From Saprolegnia diclina VS20 (taxonomy: Eukaryota), in the NCBI RefSeq assembly GCF_000281045.1, contig NW_008246080.1, positions 257,844 through 321,843 on the forward strand: a stretch of DNA of 64,000 nucleotides, written 5' to 3'. Position numbers and translations under genes: made by a program. The notes under the pieces are model-generated. The model did not search any database and had not been told where the DNA came from. It saw only the letters and a program-made list of their open reading frames with translations. The stretch's first letter is position 1. Each line of letters starts with the position of its first letter. Shown here piece after piece: positions 12,081 to 24,300 of this stretch.

Positions 12081-15000
12081 TTAGCGCGGTGAAGTCGTGC
12101 CGTTGTATGCATGCACGGTGCCATTGGCGAGCGTGAGCGTGCCTTTGCCATGGAGCGACACGTGGTTCTGCGTCCACTCGCCTTGAAAGACGTCGCCGTT
12201 GCCAAAGACGCAGACACCCCAGCCGCTGCGCACCTAGCCCACGCACTTGATACTTTGATCCTTTGATACAGTCGCCTACCCCGTGGACCCAAGCGCCGCT
12301 GTAGACGTCGCCGTTGGCGTACTTGCAGACGCCATGGCCGTGCGGGCGCATGTTGACGCACGCCCCGTCATAGACACTGCGCGTCGGAAACGTGATCGTC
12401 CACGGTCCATCGACAGGCGCGTCCCACTGCCAGACGCCGTCCTTGGTCGTGCCGTCGGCGCGCGACAGGACACCGGGGCCGTGCTTGACGTCAGCGCGCC
12501 ACGTACCGACAAACGTGTCGGCAGATGTCACAAGCGTCCCGTCGCCGTCGCGCACGTTGTGAGCAAAGCTGCCCGTATAGACGTCGCCATTGGCATACGT
12601 GAGCGTGCCGACACCGTGCTTTTGCCCAAGTGCAAACTCGCCTTGGTACTTGGCGCCGTCGGCGCTGGTCAACGTCCCGACTCCGTGCTTCAAGCCGTGT
12701 TCGAATTCACCACTGTACACGGCGCCGTCCGCGGTGGTGTACGTGCCCGACCCGTGGAAGGCGTTGGTGCGCCACGCCCCTAGACATAGTCTCCAAACAA
12801 ACTTCATTTCCAAGTTGGAGGAGACCCGTGTAGGTCTCGACGCCGCGCAAGATACACTTGCCGAGGCCATTCCGAGTGTCGTGCACCCAAGCGCCGTCGT
12901 AGACAAAGTCGTGGGCACCGCTCGTCAAGACACCTAAACGGTTTGGATCATTTGGATTCTTTGGATCGTTTGGATCGATTTTGGATCGATTTTGGATAGG
13001 TAATACCGTGTCCGTGGCGGCGGTCCATGTCCCACATGCCGTCGTACGTGTGCTGTGACGCTTTGGAAATGTACTTGCCGCGGCCGTGACGCTTGCCTTT
13101 GCGCAGGCCACCGAGGTACGTATCGCCATTCGGATACTCGATCGTCGTTATTGCCGACGTCGGCGCGTCATCCTGCGTCTCGTCGTCTTCGGTCTACGCC
13201 AAACGTCCGAACTCTCCACCGTCAACACGCAAGCACAACATACCAAGGAGATTTCGACGTACACCGGGGCATCGCCGGTCGTCGGCTGGCCATTGCGCCA
13301 TTGCCCATGAAACGTGGCGCCGTCGTGGTTGACAAAGATACCGCGGCCTTGCCGGAGGCCGTCGACCCAGTCGCCCGTGTACACGGAGCCATTCGCGTAC
13401 CGGCACGTTCCTAGCCTGCACGTCCATACGGGCTAGTTCGAATACGCAGCCAACTACCGTTGCCCCACGGGCGGCCTTGCTGGAGCTCGCCGCTGTACTT
13501 GTCGCCGCTGGGATACATAAGGATCCAGTCGTGGCCGTGGCCTTGCACCATCATATTGGCGCGCCAGAGTCCTTCTCTCGACTCTTTTGAGGCGCCAGAG
13601 GTGGCTTTGCCAAACCCTTGTCGCAAATCGTGTTGCCAGTCGCCGTCGTAGCCGTCGCCAGCGGTCACGTCTGCGTGGATTCCTTGGCCGTGGCGCTCGC
13701 CACCAACAAACGAGCCGGCGTAAACACTGCCATCGCGGTACCGGAGCGTGCCGACGCCATCAAAGCGCCCGATGGCCCACTCGCCGCTGTACGCTGCAAA
13801 CGCCGCGTCCGACGAGTAACTTGCCTTGCCAACGCCGTGCGGCCGACCGTTGAGAAACTCGCCGTCGTACACAAAGCCCCGGTTGGCGTCGACGAGGTGT
13901 CCGAGGCCGTGAAAAGCATTGCTCTTCCACCGTCCCTTGTAGACGAAGCGGTCGCCGTCTTGGAAGAGCCCGTCCCCGCAGCGCGCATCGTGAGCCCAGG
14001 ACCCGGTGTACGTGCCCTGGTGCGTGCTACATGTACTGCCTTAGCGCCCATCACAGAGTTTCAACGCGTTGTACGTAAGGACGCCGGTGCCGTGGCGCTG
14101 ATCGTGAACCCAGTCGCCAACGTACGTGTACCCGGTGGCAGCTACGGTGTACGTGCCCCGGCCGTGGCGCTTTCCGTCGAGAAACTCGCCGACGTACGTA
14201 TCACCCGAGTGATACGTATACCGGCCGTGCCCCGCGACCGGCGCCGGTGGCAGCGGGGCGGTCTCGAGCGACTGCGTTTCGCGCCACTTTGTGTAGTTGT
14301 ATGTTTGATACCACGCATCGAGCCAGTCGGCGTGGTGCTCGACGTCCAGCGGCGTCAACGACGAGCGCCACACAAAGTCCGTGAACGACGACCGGCGCGG
14401 CTTGGGGTTCGCGACGGCTTTAAGAAGCGCTTCGAAGAACTGCGTTTGGACTTGGGCGACGACCCACGCGTCGCTGCCAACGTACTCGATCGGCGGCAAC
14501 GCCTCGCTCGACGACGAAGCTACCGGGCGCTTCAGGATCCAACGGGCTTTTGAGAGACGTACAGGCAACCGTGGTCGCGAGGGTGGCGCCAAGGGCTGTC
14601 GTGTCAGGCCCAACGTCAGCCGCGATGGCGCCGCGCTCCGTGTGCCAGTGTACGCGCCCAGCGTCGAGATCCACGATCGCGTCGATCGGCGGCGTGTCGG
14701 CCATAGCCGTAGTACTGCAGAGAAGCAGCGCCAGGGGATCGCACGAGCCAACGAGACACCCGCCAACGTGCGACGAGAGCACCGATGCGAGATGCGCCGA
14801 GCCAAGGTACGGCTACGCTTCTATCGCACCGAGGAGCAGTAGCAACGATGTCTGTACCTGCAGGTAAAACGGATCATCATCGTCATTGGCAAGGACGAGA
14901 GGCAGCCCAAACTTGGTCCAGCGATACGCCGTCGGCGCCTCACTAGGAGGCGCATTGGCGTAGCCACCTGGAAAGAGCGAGAGGAGCGCTAAAATGGCTT

Positions 15001-15586
15001 TGGAGACGCGCGCGGGCGACGTGGCGAAGAAGACGATGCGGCCTTCGATCAAGACGAGCCGAAGCAGCGGCAGCAACGACGACGACAGTGTCGTCACAAG
15101 CTCCCGGAGCGGCCACGCCGTGGCTTCGGCAAGCGAAGGCGCGAGCGCCTGCAGCGCGTCGTAGAGCTCGATCACGCACGTATAGTCATCCGTGCAAGTC
15201 TACGCTTTACGTGTCGACATGAAAGAAGCAGAATGCGATGTCTCGACCTGCTCAAAGAATGAAAAGGCGGTGGCTTCGAGCGACGCGATGAGCGAATCGG
15301 TGAGCCGAGTGGTCAAGAGCACGACGACCTGGATGCGACCCGCGATGACGCGGCTGCACGCGACGCCGTGCCACGTTGGCGGTACCCAAAAAAAGTACGT
15401 CGACGATGCCATCGCTGGGGGTGGGCGCACGAGGCTCGGGAGCCGCGCGCGCAGCTCGTCGGTCCAGAGGTTCGAGGCGGAGGCGTCGGTGACGTCATTT
15501 GGCCCGTCCGACGGCGGGTACGACCACTCCAGCGCCGCGTGGGCGTCGCTGTAGGTGGCGACCGCCAGCAGCACCGACACAGTCAT
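12081..15586 (-). CDS. AVL9/DENN-like domain fused to a long MORN-repeat array, multi-exon
   Basis: AVL9-like blocks are LLRLVLIEGRIVFF..ALLSLFPG, FGLPL, PYL..GCLVGS, YVGSDAWV and AWYQTYNYTKW. They are followed by many YxGxW/F..G.RHG.G MORN repeats. The last exon ends ..AYNGTTSPR* (TAA 12081-12083). Confidence 0.8.
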
Positions 15587-15789
15587 GATCGTGGTGTCTT
15601 GTCGAGTGCAATGTGAAACGGTTCATACTGCAGCGGGTGCAGATCGACTGCGCAAACCTGTATCAGAGACATGCATCGAGTCGCATTTGGCAGCTCGAGA
15701 TGCGAGAGCGCCTGCGAGAGAGCCAGCACCACCGCGGCGCAAGCATCGATGGCACTGTGATAGGCTAGGATTCGGGGTGATGGACCAAG

Positions 15790-16515
15790 ATGAACTGGGA
15801 GGCGGCGATGGGCTTAGCTGTGCGCGAGCTCATCGAGCGGGTTTGGCTTCTTGCTTGCGCAAGGCCGGGACGTGGCCCACTTGACAAAATGACGGACGCG
15901 TGGGAGAAGATGCTCCTCGAGTGTGCGCTCGAAGAGCTCGAGACCAACTACGCGGCCAAGAAGGTCGCGCTTCGCGAGGCGCACGACGCCAAGCAAATCG
16001 CCCAGCAGGCCCAGCAGGGCATCTACACCGAGGGGCTTGCGACGTACAGCCACATGAAGCAGAACCAGCTCGACGAAGCCCAGACGCACCAAGCCGATGC
16101 GCTTGACAGCAAGCAGACGGACCGCGTCAGCCGCGAGCAAGTGGTCGAAGGCGAAGACTGGCGCCTTCTGCGCCAAGAGCGCGATGAGACGGGCGCCTCG
16201 GGCACCACGTTTGCGCGGGCGCGCAGCCGCTTGAGCGATAAGCACAAGGTGCTGGCCAGGGCTGGCGCGGAACGGGACGCCGCGGCGCGCGAGGCCTTGG
16301 GGCACAAGCACCAGCAGCAGCGCGCGGCCCAAACCGAGCTCGCGACCAACGAGGCCAGTATTGTTGAAGACACCCAGCGCACCGAGCGCCAGTCGCTCGC
16401 CAAGCGCTGCGACGATGCCATGCAGTCCCTCGATGCCAAGTACGTTGGTGACGTGCGAGGCGCCACGAGTGCGCCCAACGCCGAAGCGTACGTCAAGGCC
16501 GCGTGCGCGCCGTGA
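15790..16515 (+). CDS. Hypothetical coiled-coil protein
   Basis: 241-aa ORF rich in A/E/Q/R with coding-type codon bias. The start may instead be ATG 15889. Confidence 0.6.
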   Translation: MNWEAAMGLAVRELIERVWLLACARPGRGPLDKMTDAWEKMLLECALEELETNYAAKKVALREAHDAKQIAQQAQQGIYTEGLATYSHMKQNQLDEAQTHQADALDSKQTDRVSREQVVEGEDWRLLRQERDETGASGTTFARARSRLSDKHKVLARAGAERDAAAREALGHKHQQQRAAQTELATNEASIVEDTQRTERQSLAKRCDDAMQSLDAKYVGDVRGATSAPNAEAYVKAACAP

Positions 16516-16735
16516 CCGTAGTCCTATCCGCTGCTAACACGATCTACTTTTCAGAGTCCGCCAACCCTCTACTGCTTTCTGGGTGGGTTGCCAGACTGGG
16601 CTCGGGACGCAGATTCTAGTCTGGTACTCGTCTCGATCGAGTGGGAAGATACAATCCAAATTACTTTCAGACAGGATCATGTTATGGTCGGAAGTCGTCG
16701 GCTACATCGTTGTGCAAGGTCGGGCAGGAAGACAT

Positions 16736-17209
<474 letters not shown>

Positions 17210-18074
17210 CTACAGAGAGACTCCCAATGAGATCTTAGCTCGTACAACTACGGAAGCCAAAGCTTCCGATCCTCATTATACAAACGCACCTCACTGAAAG
17301 TAATTGCAGAATGACCTCCGACGCCACTTTGCACCAACCGCGCTTGCCGCGCCAGAACCAACCACTCGCGGCTGGCCAATGGCATCGCGCGCTGGCCGTA
17401 AAACGCACCTACTTCCGAAATCAGAGGGCGCATTGCGGTGCGGCTTCTGCAATACAGGTGCGTCTATCGTGATAAAGGTGCGCTTTGCAGCCGACCAAAA
17501 TGGCTCGCTTGGACCTGGCCAGGAACACCTCTGTCAAGCTCTCAAGATGGCATACTTAGTAGCGCTAGATCGTCGTAGGCATAGCACGCACAAGGTTGTT
17601 GTTGGCTGCAGTTGTCATGCGAAAAGCATCCTAGTATAGTGTCTACTACGCGGGACGTGCTGCGGGGTTGGCAAGGCTGTTGGCCACGCAAAGGACAAGA
17701 TCCTACTTGGGACTAGATACTACATTTTGACGAAGCGATGCAGCGTTGGGCTTGGTTAGCGCCGTATCGGTGATGGTGTGGTAGCTCAGGCGTGATCAGC
17801 TCCAGGTGTGGTGGTTTCCTGATGAGAGAAGTGCTGATTCGCTGTCGTCGTGCCTTGGTGGTGGGTGGGCTTGGATCGGCAGTTGAAAACCTACCTACTC
17901 TACCTACTCTTCATCGCACGCAATCTCTTGCTTGAAGTACGGCGTGGGACTCGGCGTTCGACGTCTTCGGTGCGAGACAGAACCAGTTTTACCGATTGTC
18001 CAGCATGGGGGTCTCGCTTACCAGCACAGCTTGATGCCTCCTGCATAGCTCTCCATTCTGCAATCGTCTCTGCT

Positions 18075-18779
18075 ATGACCACCATGAATGTGCTCTGGTC
18101 GAGCTTCGAGGTGTGTCCTCCATGCATCTCGACGAAACCGCAACGAGTATGTCCTAGGACCAAGCACTACGCGCGGCCATTGCAGTCCTCGGCGGCTGCC
18201 GCTGGGAGCAAATTGCGCGCAGTTGCCCACGGCGGTCGGCACTCGCATGCAAGCAACGCTGGAAGATGCTGCAGACCCAAGGCGCCAACAAGCGGGCGTG
18301 GAACTCGCGCGAAGACAGTGTGTTGATGGCGCTTGTCCGCCAATACGGTCCAAGCAGGTGGGCGCTAATCGCGTCGCACCTTCTGCACCGCAACGCCAAG
18401 CAGTGCCGAGAGCGCTGGCACAACCAGCTCGACCCGACCATTCGCCACACCGAGTGGACCGGCGCCGAAGACCGGTTGGTGTTGCTGCGGCAGCACGAGC
18501 TCGGCAACAAGTGGTCTGCGATTGCCGACGAGATGCCGGGCCGGTACGTACATCTACCGCAGCTCCCATTCTCACAGTGTCTTTGCCAGTACGGACAATG
18601 CCGTCAAGAACCGATGGCACGCGTCCATCAAGGTAGCGTCGTCGCCTCGTCCACCTACGCTTTATGTGGACGGCTGTGTCTAGCCCAAGCGCGCGACAAC
18701 GACGCCAGGAACGACCGTGCTCTTCGCCGACTGGGCGCCGCTCGCGGCCGTCGACTGGACTTTCTTTTCGTATCAATAA
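18075..18779 (+). CDS. Three-repeat (R1R2R3) MYB transcription factor, 186 aa, 4 exons
   Basis: Exons 18075-18110, 18158-18543, 18590-18632 and 18684-18779 give WSSFEDQAL..W..IA..CKQRW, WNSRED..KQCRERWHNQLDP and WTGAED..GNKWSAIA..GRTDNAVKNRW. Confidence 0.85.
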
Positions 18780-18892
18780 GATCTTGAAACAGTGTATTTC
18801 CAGCGTTGGACAATGTGGGAACTGTGTGGCCAGTACCGTTTCGGGTTTTGAGTTTCGAGTCTTGAGCTTCGAGTTTTGAGTTTTGGGTTTCG

Positions 18893-20304
18893 ATGCCACC
18901 GGCGCACGTTCAGCCGCCGACGGTCGAGGTCGTCTTCCTCGGTACGTCGTCCATGATGTCGTCCGCAACGCGCAACGTCTCGGGCATCGGCGTCTCGATC
19001 GATGGCGACTGCTGGATCTTTGACGCTGGCGAAGGCATTGGGCTCCAGCTCTCGAAAGCGTCGCTGCTCTTGAGCGCCGTCTCGCGGATCTTTGTGACGC
19101 ACATGCACGGCGACCACATCTTTGGGCTCATGGGCCTCCTTCTTTCGGCGGGCAACGGCGGCGTCGCCCGCGAGATACAAGTATGTAGGCTATCGCCATT
19201 CTCTCGCGGCCATGTCATGGCAAGCATCGTAGGTAGTCGGGCCGCCGGGCCTGCGACGATACCTGCGGCGCAACTTTGTCGAGTCGCAGTCCAACATGAA
19301 GTGTGCGCGGTACTATGTGGACGAGCTATGGGCACCGACGAGCACGGAGCTCACGTGCGAGTACGATCCGCTGCCGTTCGAGCGCCAAGGCGCCAACGTT
19401 GTCCCGAGCGACGATGGCTCGTGGTGCGTCCCGTGCCCGCGCCCGTCGGCCTTTCATGTACGCGCTGCTGCGCTCCGCCACACGCTCGAGCCATGCTATG
19501 GCTTTGTCATTCAAGAGCATGACTACCCTGGACGGTACTGCATTATTGCGTCCGTCGACCGATACCGATTTGAGTGTAATTAGGGTGCAGTTGACGCCAG
19601 CGCTCCGCGCAAGACTCCTTCGCGACGACAACGCCGCCTTCTTGCGCGCACACTACGGTATGGAGAACCCGCTCCAAGCCCTGGCGATGGTGCAGGGCAG
19701 CGACACGGCGAGTGTGACGCTGGTCGACGGATCGCTGTGCCTGCGGGACATTGCCGGCCCGACGCGGCATGGGCGGCGGCTCTGTATCCTAGGCGACACG
19801 TGCGACTCGCGCGCTATCGCATCGCTGGCCGTCGGCGCTGACGTCGTCGTGCACGAGTGCACAAACGCGTTCATTGCCTCGCTGGACAGCCAGTCAACGA
19901 CGAGCGAAGAGGTCGAAGCCCGTACGTTTGTTCACGGCCACTCGACACCGGCGATGGCCGGCCGGTTCGCGGCCGCGGTGGGCGCCTCGCGCCTCATCCT
20001 GACGCACTTTAGTCGACGGTACCGTGACGACGCCTCGGACGAGATGACGCACGCCATGACCGAAATCAAAACGCAGTGCAGCGCCTACTTTACCGGCCTC
20101 GTGCACTGCGCCCACGACCTGCAGCACATCCGCTTGCCTATGCGCGAAGAGCGGACGCGGGACCTGGTCGCCGAGGGCGCCGAGGCCGCGCGCGTCGCCT
20201 CATCAGCAGCCGACGACGCCAAGGCAGCGGCGATCCGCTTCTTTCGTTCCCATCCCACGAGCAGCGACGGGCACACGTCGCATGCCAAGCGCCTGTTGTC
20301 GTGA
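18893..20304 (+). CDS. Ribonuclease Z, short form (tRNase Z-S, ELAC1/Rnz-like)
   Basis: Metallo-beta-lactamase motifs FLGT, FDAGEG, THMHGDH, GDT, HECT, GHST and LTHFSRRY are present. Introns lie at ~19181-19232 and ~19534-19583. Confidence 0.92.
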
Positions 20305-20389
20305 ACCACAAGATTTTCGTTTCAATAAAGTACGCTGTTGACTCGACTGTCGTAAGTCCGCTTGCTGGCCACAACGAAGATCGAAGAGG

Positions 20390-21038
20390 ATGGCGACAGG
20401 GTTCGCAGCGCTCTCACCGACGACGCTCGCCGATGTGCTTCCGCGGACGCAGGTCATGCGCTACAACATCCGGCCTCTCTGGGCGTGTCCGCGCATCACC
20501 GGCCCTGCGTTCACGGTCCGCTTGTCGCCAGGTACGCGCGGTCCGTCTACTCGCCGCTCATGCACGACGACGACCAGGCGACAACTTGATGCTGCACGCG
20601 GCCATGTACGAGGCGCCGCCTGGTAGCGTTGTGGTCGTGCAGTCGGGCGACATGGCGTTTGCCGCGATCGGCGGCAACGTAGCTCGGATCGCCAAGGAGC
20701 GCGGGCTCGCGGGCCTTGTCCTCGATGGGCTCGTGCGCGATATCGCTGAGATCCGCGACTTGGCCTTTCCCGTCTTTGCGCGGGGTATCGTCCCCGTGCC
20801 GGGTACGAAGGTGCGCGTTGGCGAGCTCAACCAGCCCATCGTCTGCGGCGATGTGCACGTGCAGGCTGGCGATGTCGTCGTCGCCGACGAAGAAGGGATC
20901 GTCGTTGTCCCGGCGGCGTCGGTCGCGACAGCCCTCGCGGAGGGCACCAAGCGGCAGGAGAAGGAAGCGCGCGAAGGCTACGAAGCGTGGAAGCGCAGTC
21001 ACAGCGCGCGGGTCCAAGCGGCCTTGACGCGTGCGTAG
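20390..21038 (+). CDS. RraA/HMG-aldolase family protein
   Basis: GPAFTV..PG|DNLMLHAA, GGNVA, GLVLDGLVRD and GDVVVADEEGIVVVP are present. There is one intron at ~20532-20577. Confidence 0.9.
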
Positions 21039-21321
21039 CCGCCGCCACGTCAGGGCGAGCGCATGGACTGATGTGGTAGCCTCTCATTGGCTATAATTCA
21101 ACATATCCGTTTTCGCAGAATCCGTTTCAAGGGTACCCGCTTCCACTCGTGTCCTATGCTGTGCTGCAAGATATGTAATGTGAGAGGTTTTATAATGTGC
21201 AGAGGACTGGGGTTGGGAGGCCTCGACCACGCCGTGCTGTAAATATGTATTTATAGAGGATTGAGCCAAGTATTTTTAACTTGCGGTTCTTTTGCAGCAA
21301 ACGAGGAAACAGGAAGCCCGC

Positions 21322-24300
21322 ATGTTGCCGGGCCATGGACCTCCGCGGCAGGGTCATGGGCCCCGCTATGGACCTCCGTCCAACACGTCGGAAGGGTGGG
21401 AGGTCGTCGACCAAGATGGCATGACGATGTCGGCCCGCGCCCATGCACCGAGATCCCCGCGGACGTCGTTGTTGACCATCAACCCGAGCGCGACGCCCTC
21501 GACGCGCAACAAGCCCTTCATGCCCCCGCGCGATGGCAGCCGGTATTCGGTGCCTAGCCACGTCGTGGACGATCTCCTCACGGAGCAGCGCATGAAGGCC
21601 CACCACACAGCGACGGCGGCGGACCCGCTCTCGCTCGGCATGTCGGACGTGGATCTCTTCGCCGACGACAATGACAGTGCCCATGGCTGGGGCACAGATT
21701 CGCCATCGCACTTGCTCGGCCACGACGATGACCTCGAGTTTGATGATGACGACGAACCCACAACTGCTCCGCAAGTTGCGGTGGCGCCCGCGGTCGAGGC
21801 CGTGGTCTCGGACTGGCGAGCAGGCAGTGACTGCCTCAGCCCGACGGCGCCCGAGGGTGCGTTTGGTTCCGAGCTGGACTTTGGCGACGACGAACAAGAA
21901 GACGACAGCGCGTCGGAGGCTGCGTTTCCGACCAACGAGGCGCCCACCGAGATTGCAGCGGCAGCCTCGAGCACCCATGGCAACCAATGGCAGTGGCATG
22001 GCGATGAACACAAAGATACCGCTAGCAGTATCTCGTACGGCGCCGGCTCGCCGTTGCGCTCGATCACGCTCGGGGCGCCCGTGCCGTCGACGAATGTTCT
22101 CGACCTCAACGATGACGTCGATGCCCCCGACAACGGGTGGGGCTCGACGGACGACCTCTCGCTCTCGTCGTCGCCGCGGTCCGACCGCATGTCGCTGGAT
22201 GGCCCGCCGGACGCGTACCTCAATGAACCCGACGTGACGCCTGTCGATATCACCGGTGCGGACGACCACACAGTGTTCGGGACCGAGATTGCCGTGGCTA
22301 CGGTGGAAGCAGCCGCGGCGCATTCACAGTGGGACGAGCCGCCGGCCATCGACGAGCCGCATCCGTCGTTCGTGCACGACCAGCAAGAGGTCGCCCCACA
22401 CGATGTGCCACTCGCTACCGCATTTACGGATACCGACACGCCGGCAGCCGCGTGGTCCGCAGATGAGTCGCTGGACATTAGCGAGGACGAGAGTAGTGCT
22501 CCGGTGGTCGACGACGCGGCAACACCAGCCGTCGCAGCGGTCGCGGATGCGCCTGAAGCAGGCGTCGAGCCCGTGGCTGCCGAGGACGTTGCTGCGACGA
22601 CATTCGAGTCGTGGAACGACCACGAAGCGCAAGATGGACCGAACGCACACGCTACCTGGCACAACGACGAGACCGACGCACCGTCGAGCGAGATGCCGGA
22701 CCTCGCTGTCACCGCCGAGCCGCCCGAAGTCCACGCTCCCTCGTACGCGGAGCCGGTCGTGAAGACGGAAGCGCCCGTCGAGTTTGCCGAATCGAGCCGT
22801 GACGTTGGCGGCGAATTCGACCATGAGACACACAAGGACGACTGGGAGCCGGCCGCTGACGCGGCCGCTGCGGACTCGCTCTTTGCGTCGGCATCCGAAG
22901 TTGCGCTGGACGGCGAGGGCCATGACGAGCCGAGCATCATGCCCGAGACTCAGCACAAGGACATTAGCGCGGCGTCTTCGCACGAGGTTCCAGCCTCGGT
23001 GTTTGTGTCGGAAGCCAGCGACGGTACATTTGCTCAAGAGACCAACCCGGACTACTTTGGTGGCGAGTTCAATAACGAGTCGTACAACGAAGAGTGGAGC
23101 CCGTCGGTTGAAGAGGACGTGGTTGTGCCGTTGCCCGATGCACGAGTGCCAGTCACGCAAGAGAGCGAGTCGACGCCAGCGACCGTTCAAGAGCCGGCTG
23201 GCGACGCAGTCTTAGCGCAAGACACCAACCCGAGCTTTGGCGGCGAGTTTGGCAATGATGCGTACAACAACGAGTGGGGCTGGAACCCGTCGATGGACGA
23301 AAGCAACGACAGTGGCGTGCCTCAGTACGAGCAAGAAGTGGCGTCCGTGCATGTCGAAGAGCTCACGGCCGATGCGCTGTTCGTACCAGAGACAAACCCG
23401 GACTTTGGTGGCGAGTTTGGCAACGACTCGTACAACGAAGAGTGGGGCTGGAACCCGTCCGCCGACGATGGCGCTTCGTCCGTAGTCAGCACGGACGTGA
23501 CCGAACCGACTCTTGTTGAAGCGCCGACCGTCGAGACTGCCACCGTCATACCCGAGACGAACCCCGACTTTGACGGCGAATTTACCAACGAGCCGCACAG
23601 TGAAGAGTGGGGCTGGAACCCGTCAGTTGAAGACGATACCAGCGTGGTTGCCGTCCCGCCGCCGACAACGGTGGAGTTGCCCGCTGCTGTTGTGCCGGTG
23701 GCAGAACCCGCGGCCGACGCGCTATTCGGCCAAGACACCAACCCGGACTTTGGTGGCGAGTTTGGCAACGACTCGCACAACAACGAGTGGGGCTGGAACC
23801 CACCGACCGACGAAAGCAACAGCGATGGCGTGCCTCAGTACGAGCAAGAAGCGGTACCAGTGCCCGTTGAAGAGCCCACGGCCGACGCGCTGTTTGGCCA
23901 AGACACCAACCCGGACTTGGGTGGCGAGTTTGGCAACAACTCGCACAACAACGAGTGGGGCTGGAACCAGTCAACTGACGATGGATTCTTGGCGTCGCCA
24001 GCTGCGCCTCCCATGGCTGCAGTGGAGACACCCGTCGTGTCGGCTCCCACCGATGCCCCGACTGTCGAAGCTGCCGCCTTTGTCCCCGAGACGAACCCCG
24101 TCTTTGGCGGCGAGTTCAGCAACGAGCCATACAGCGAAGAATGGGGCTGGAACCCGTCCATCGACAGCGACCATGGCTTCTCGTCGGCGCCAGCAGCACC
24201 TCTTGCCGTGGAGTCGCCGGTCGTCTCGGCGCCCGTCGACGAGCCCTCCGTCGACGAGATGTTTGGCAACGACACGAACCCGGACTTTGGCGGCGAGTTT

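Noticed and set aside
12941..12998. TTTGGATC-type repeats
   Set aside because: They lie inside a predicted intron of the MORN gene and are simple sequence with no further structure.
18843..18892. 7-nt TTT(T/C)GAG-like tandem repeat resembling a telomere seed
   Set aside because: It does not match TTTAGGG and is only a short, degenerate intergenic microsatellite.
18893..21038. RNase Z next to RraA, suggesting an RNA-processing operon
   Set aside because: They are separate intron-containing genes. RraA regulates RNase E or acts as an aldolase and has no known link to RNase Z.
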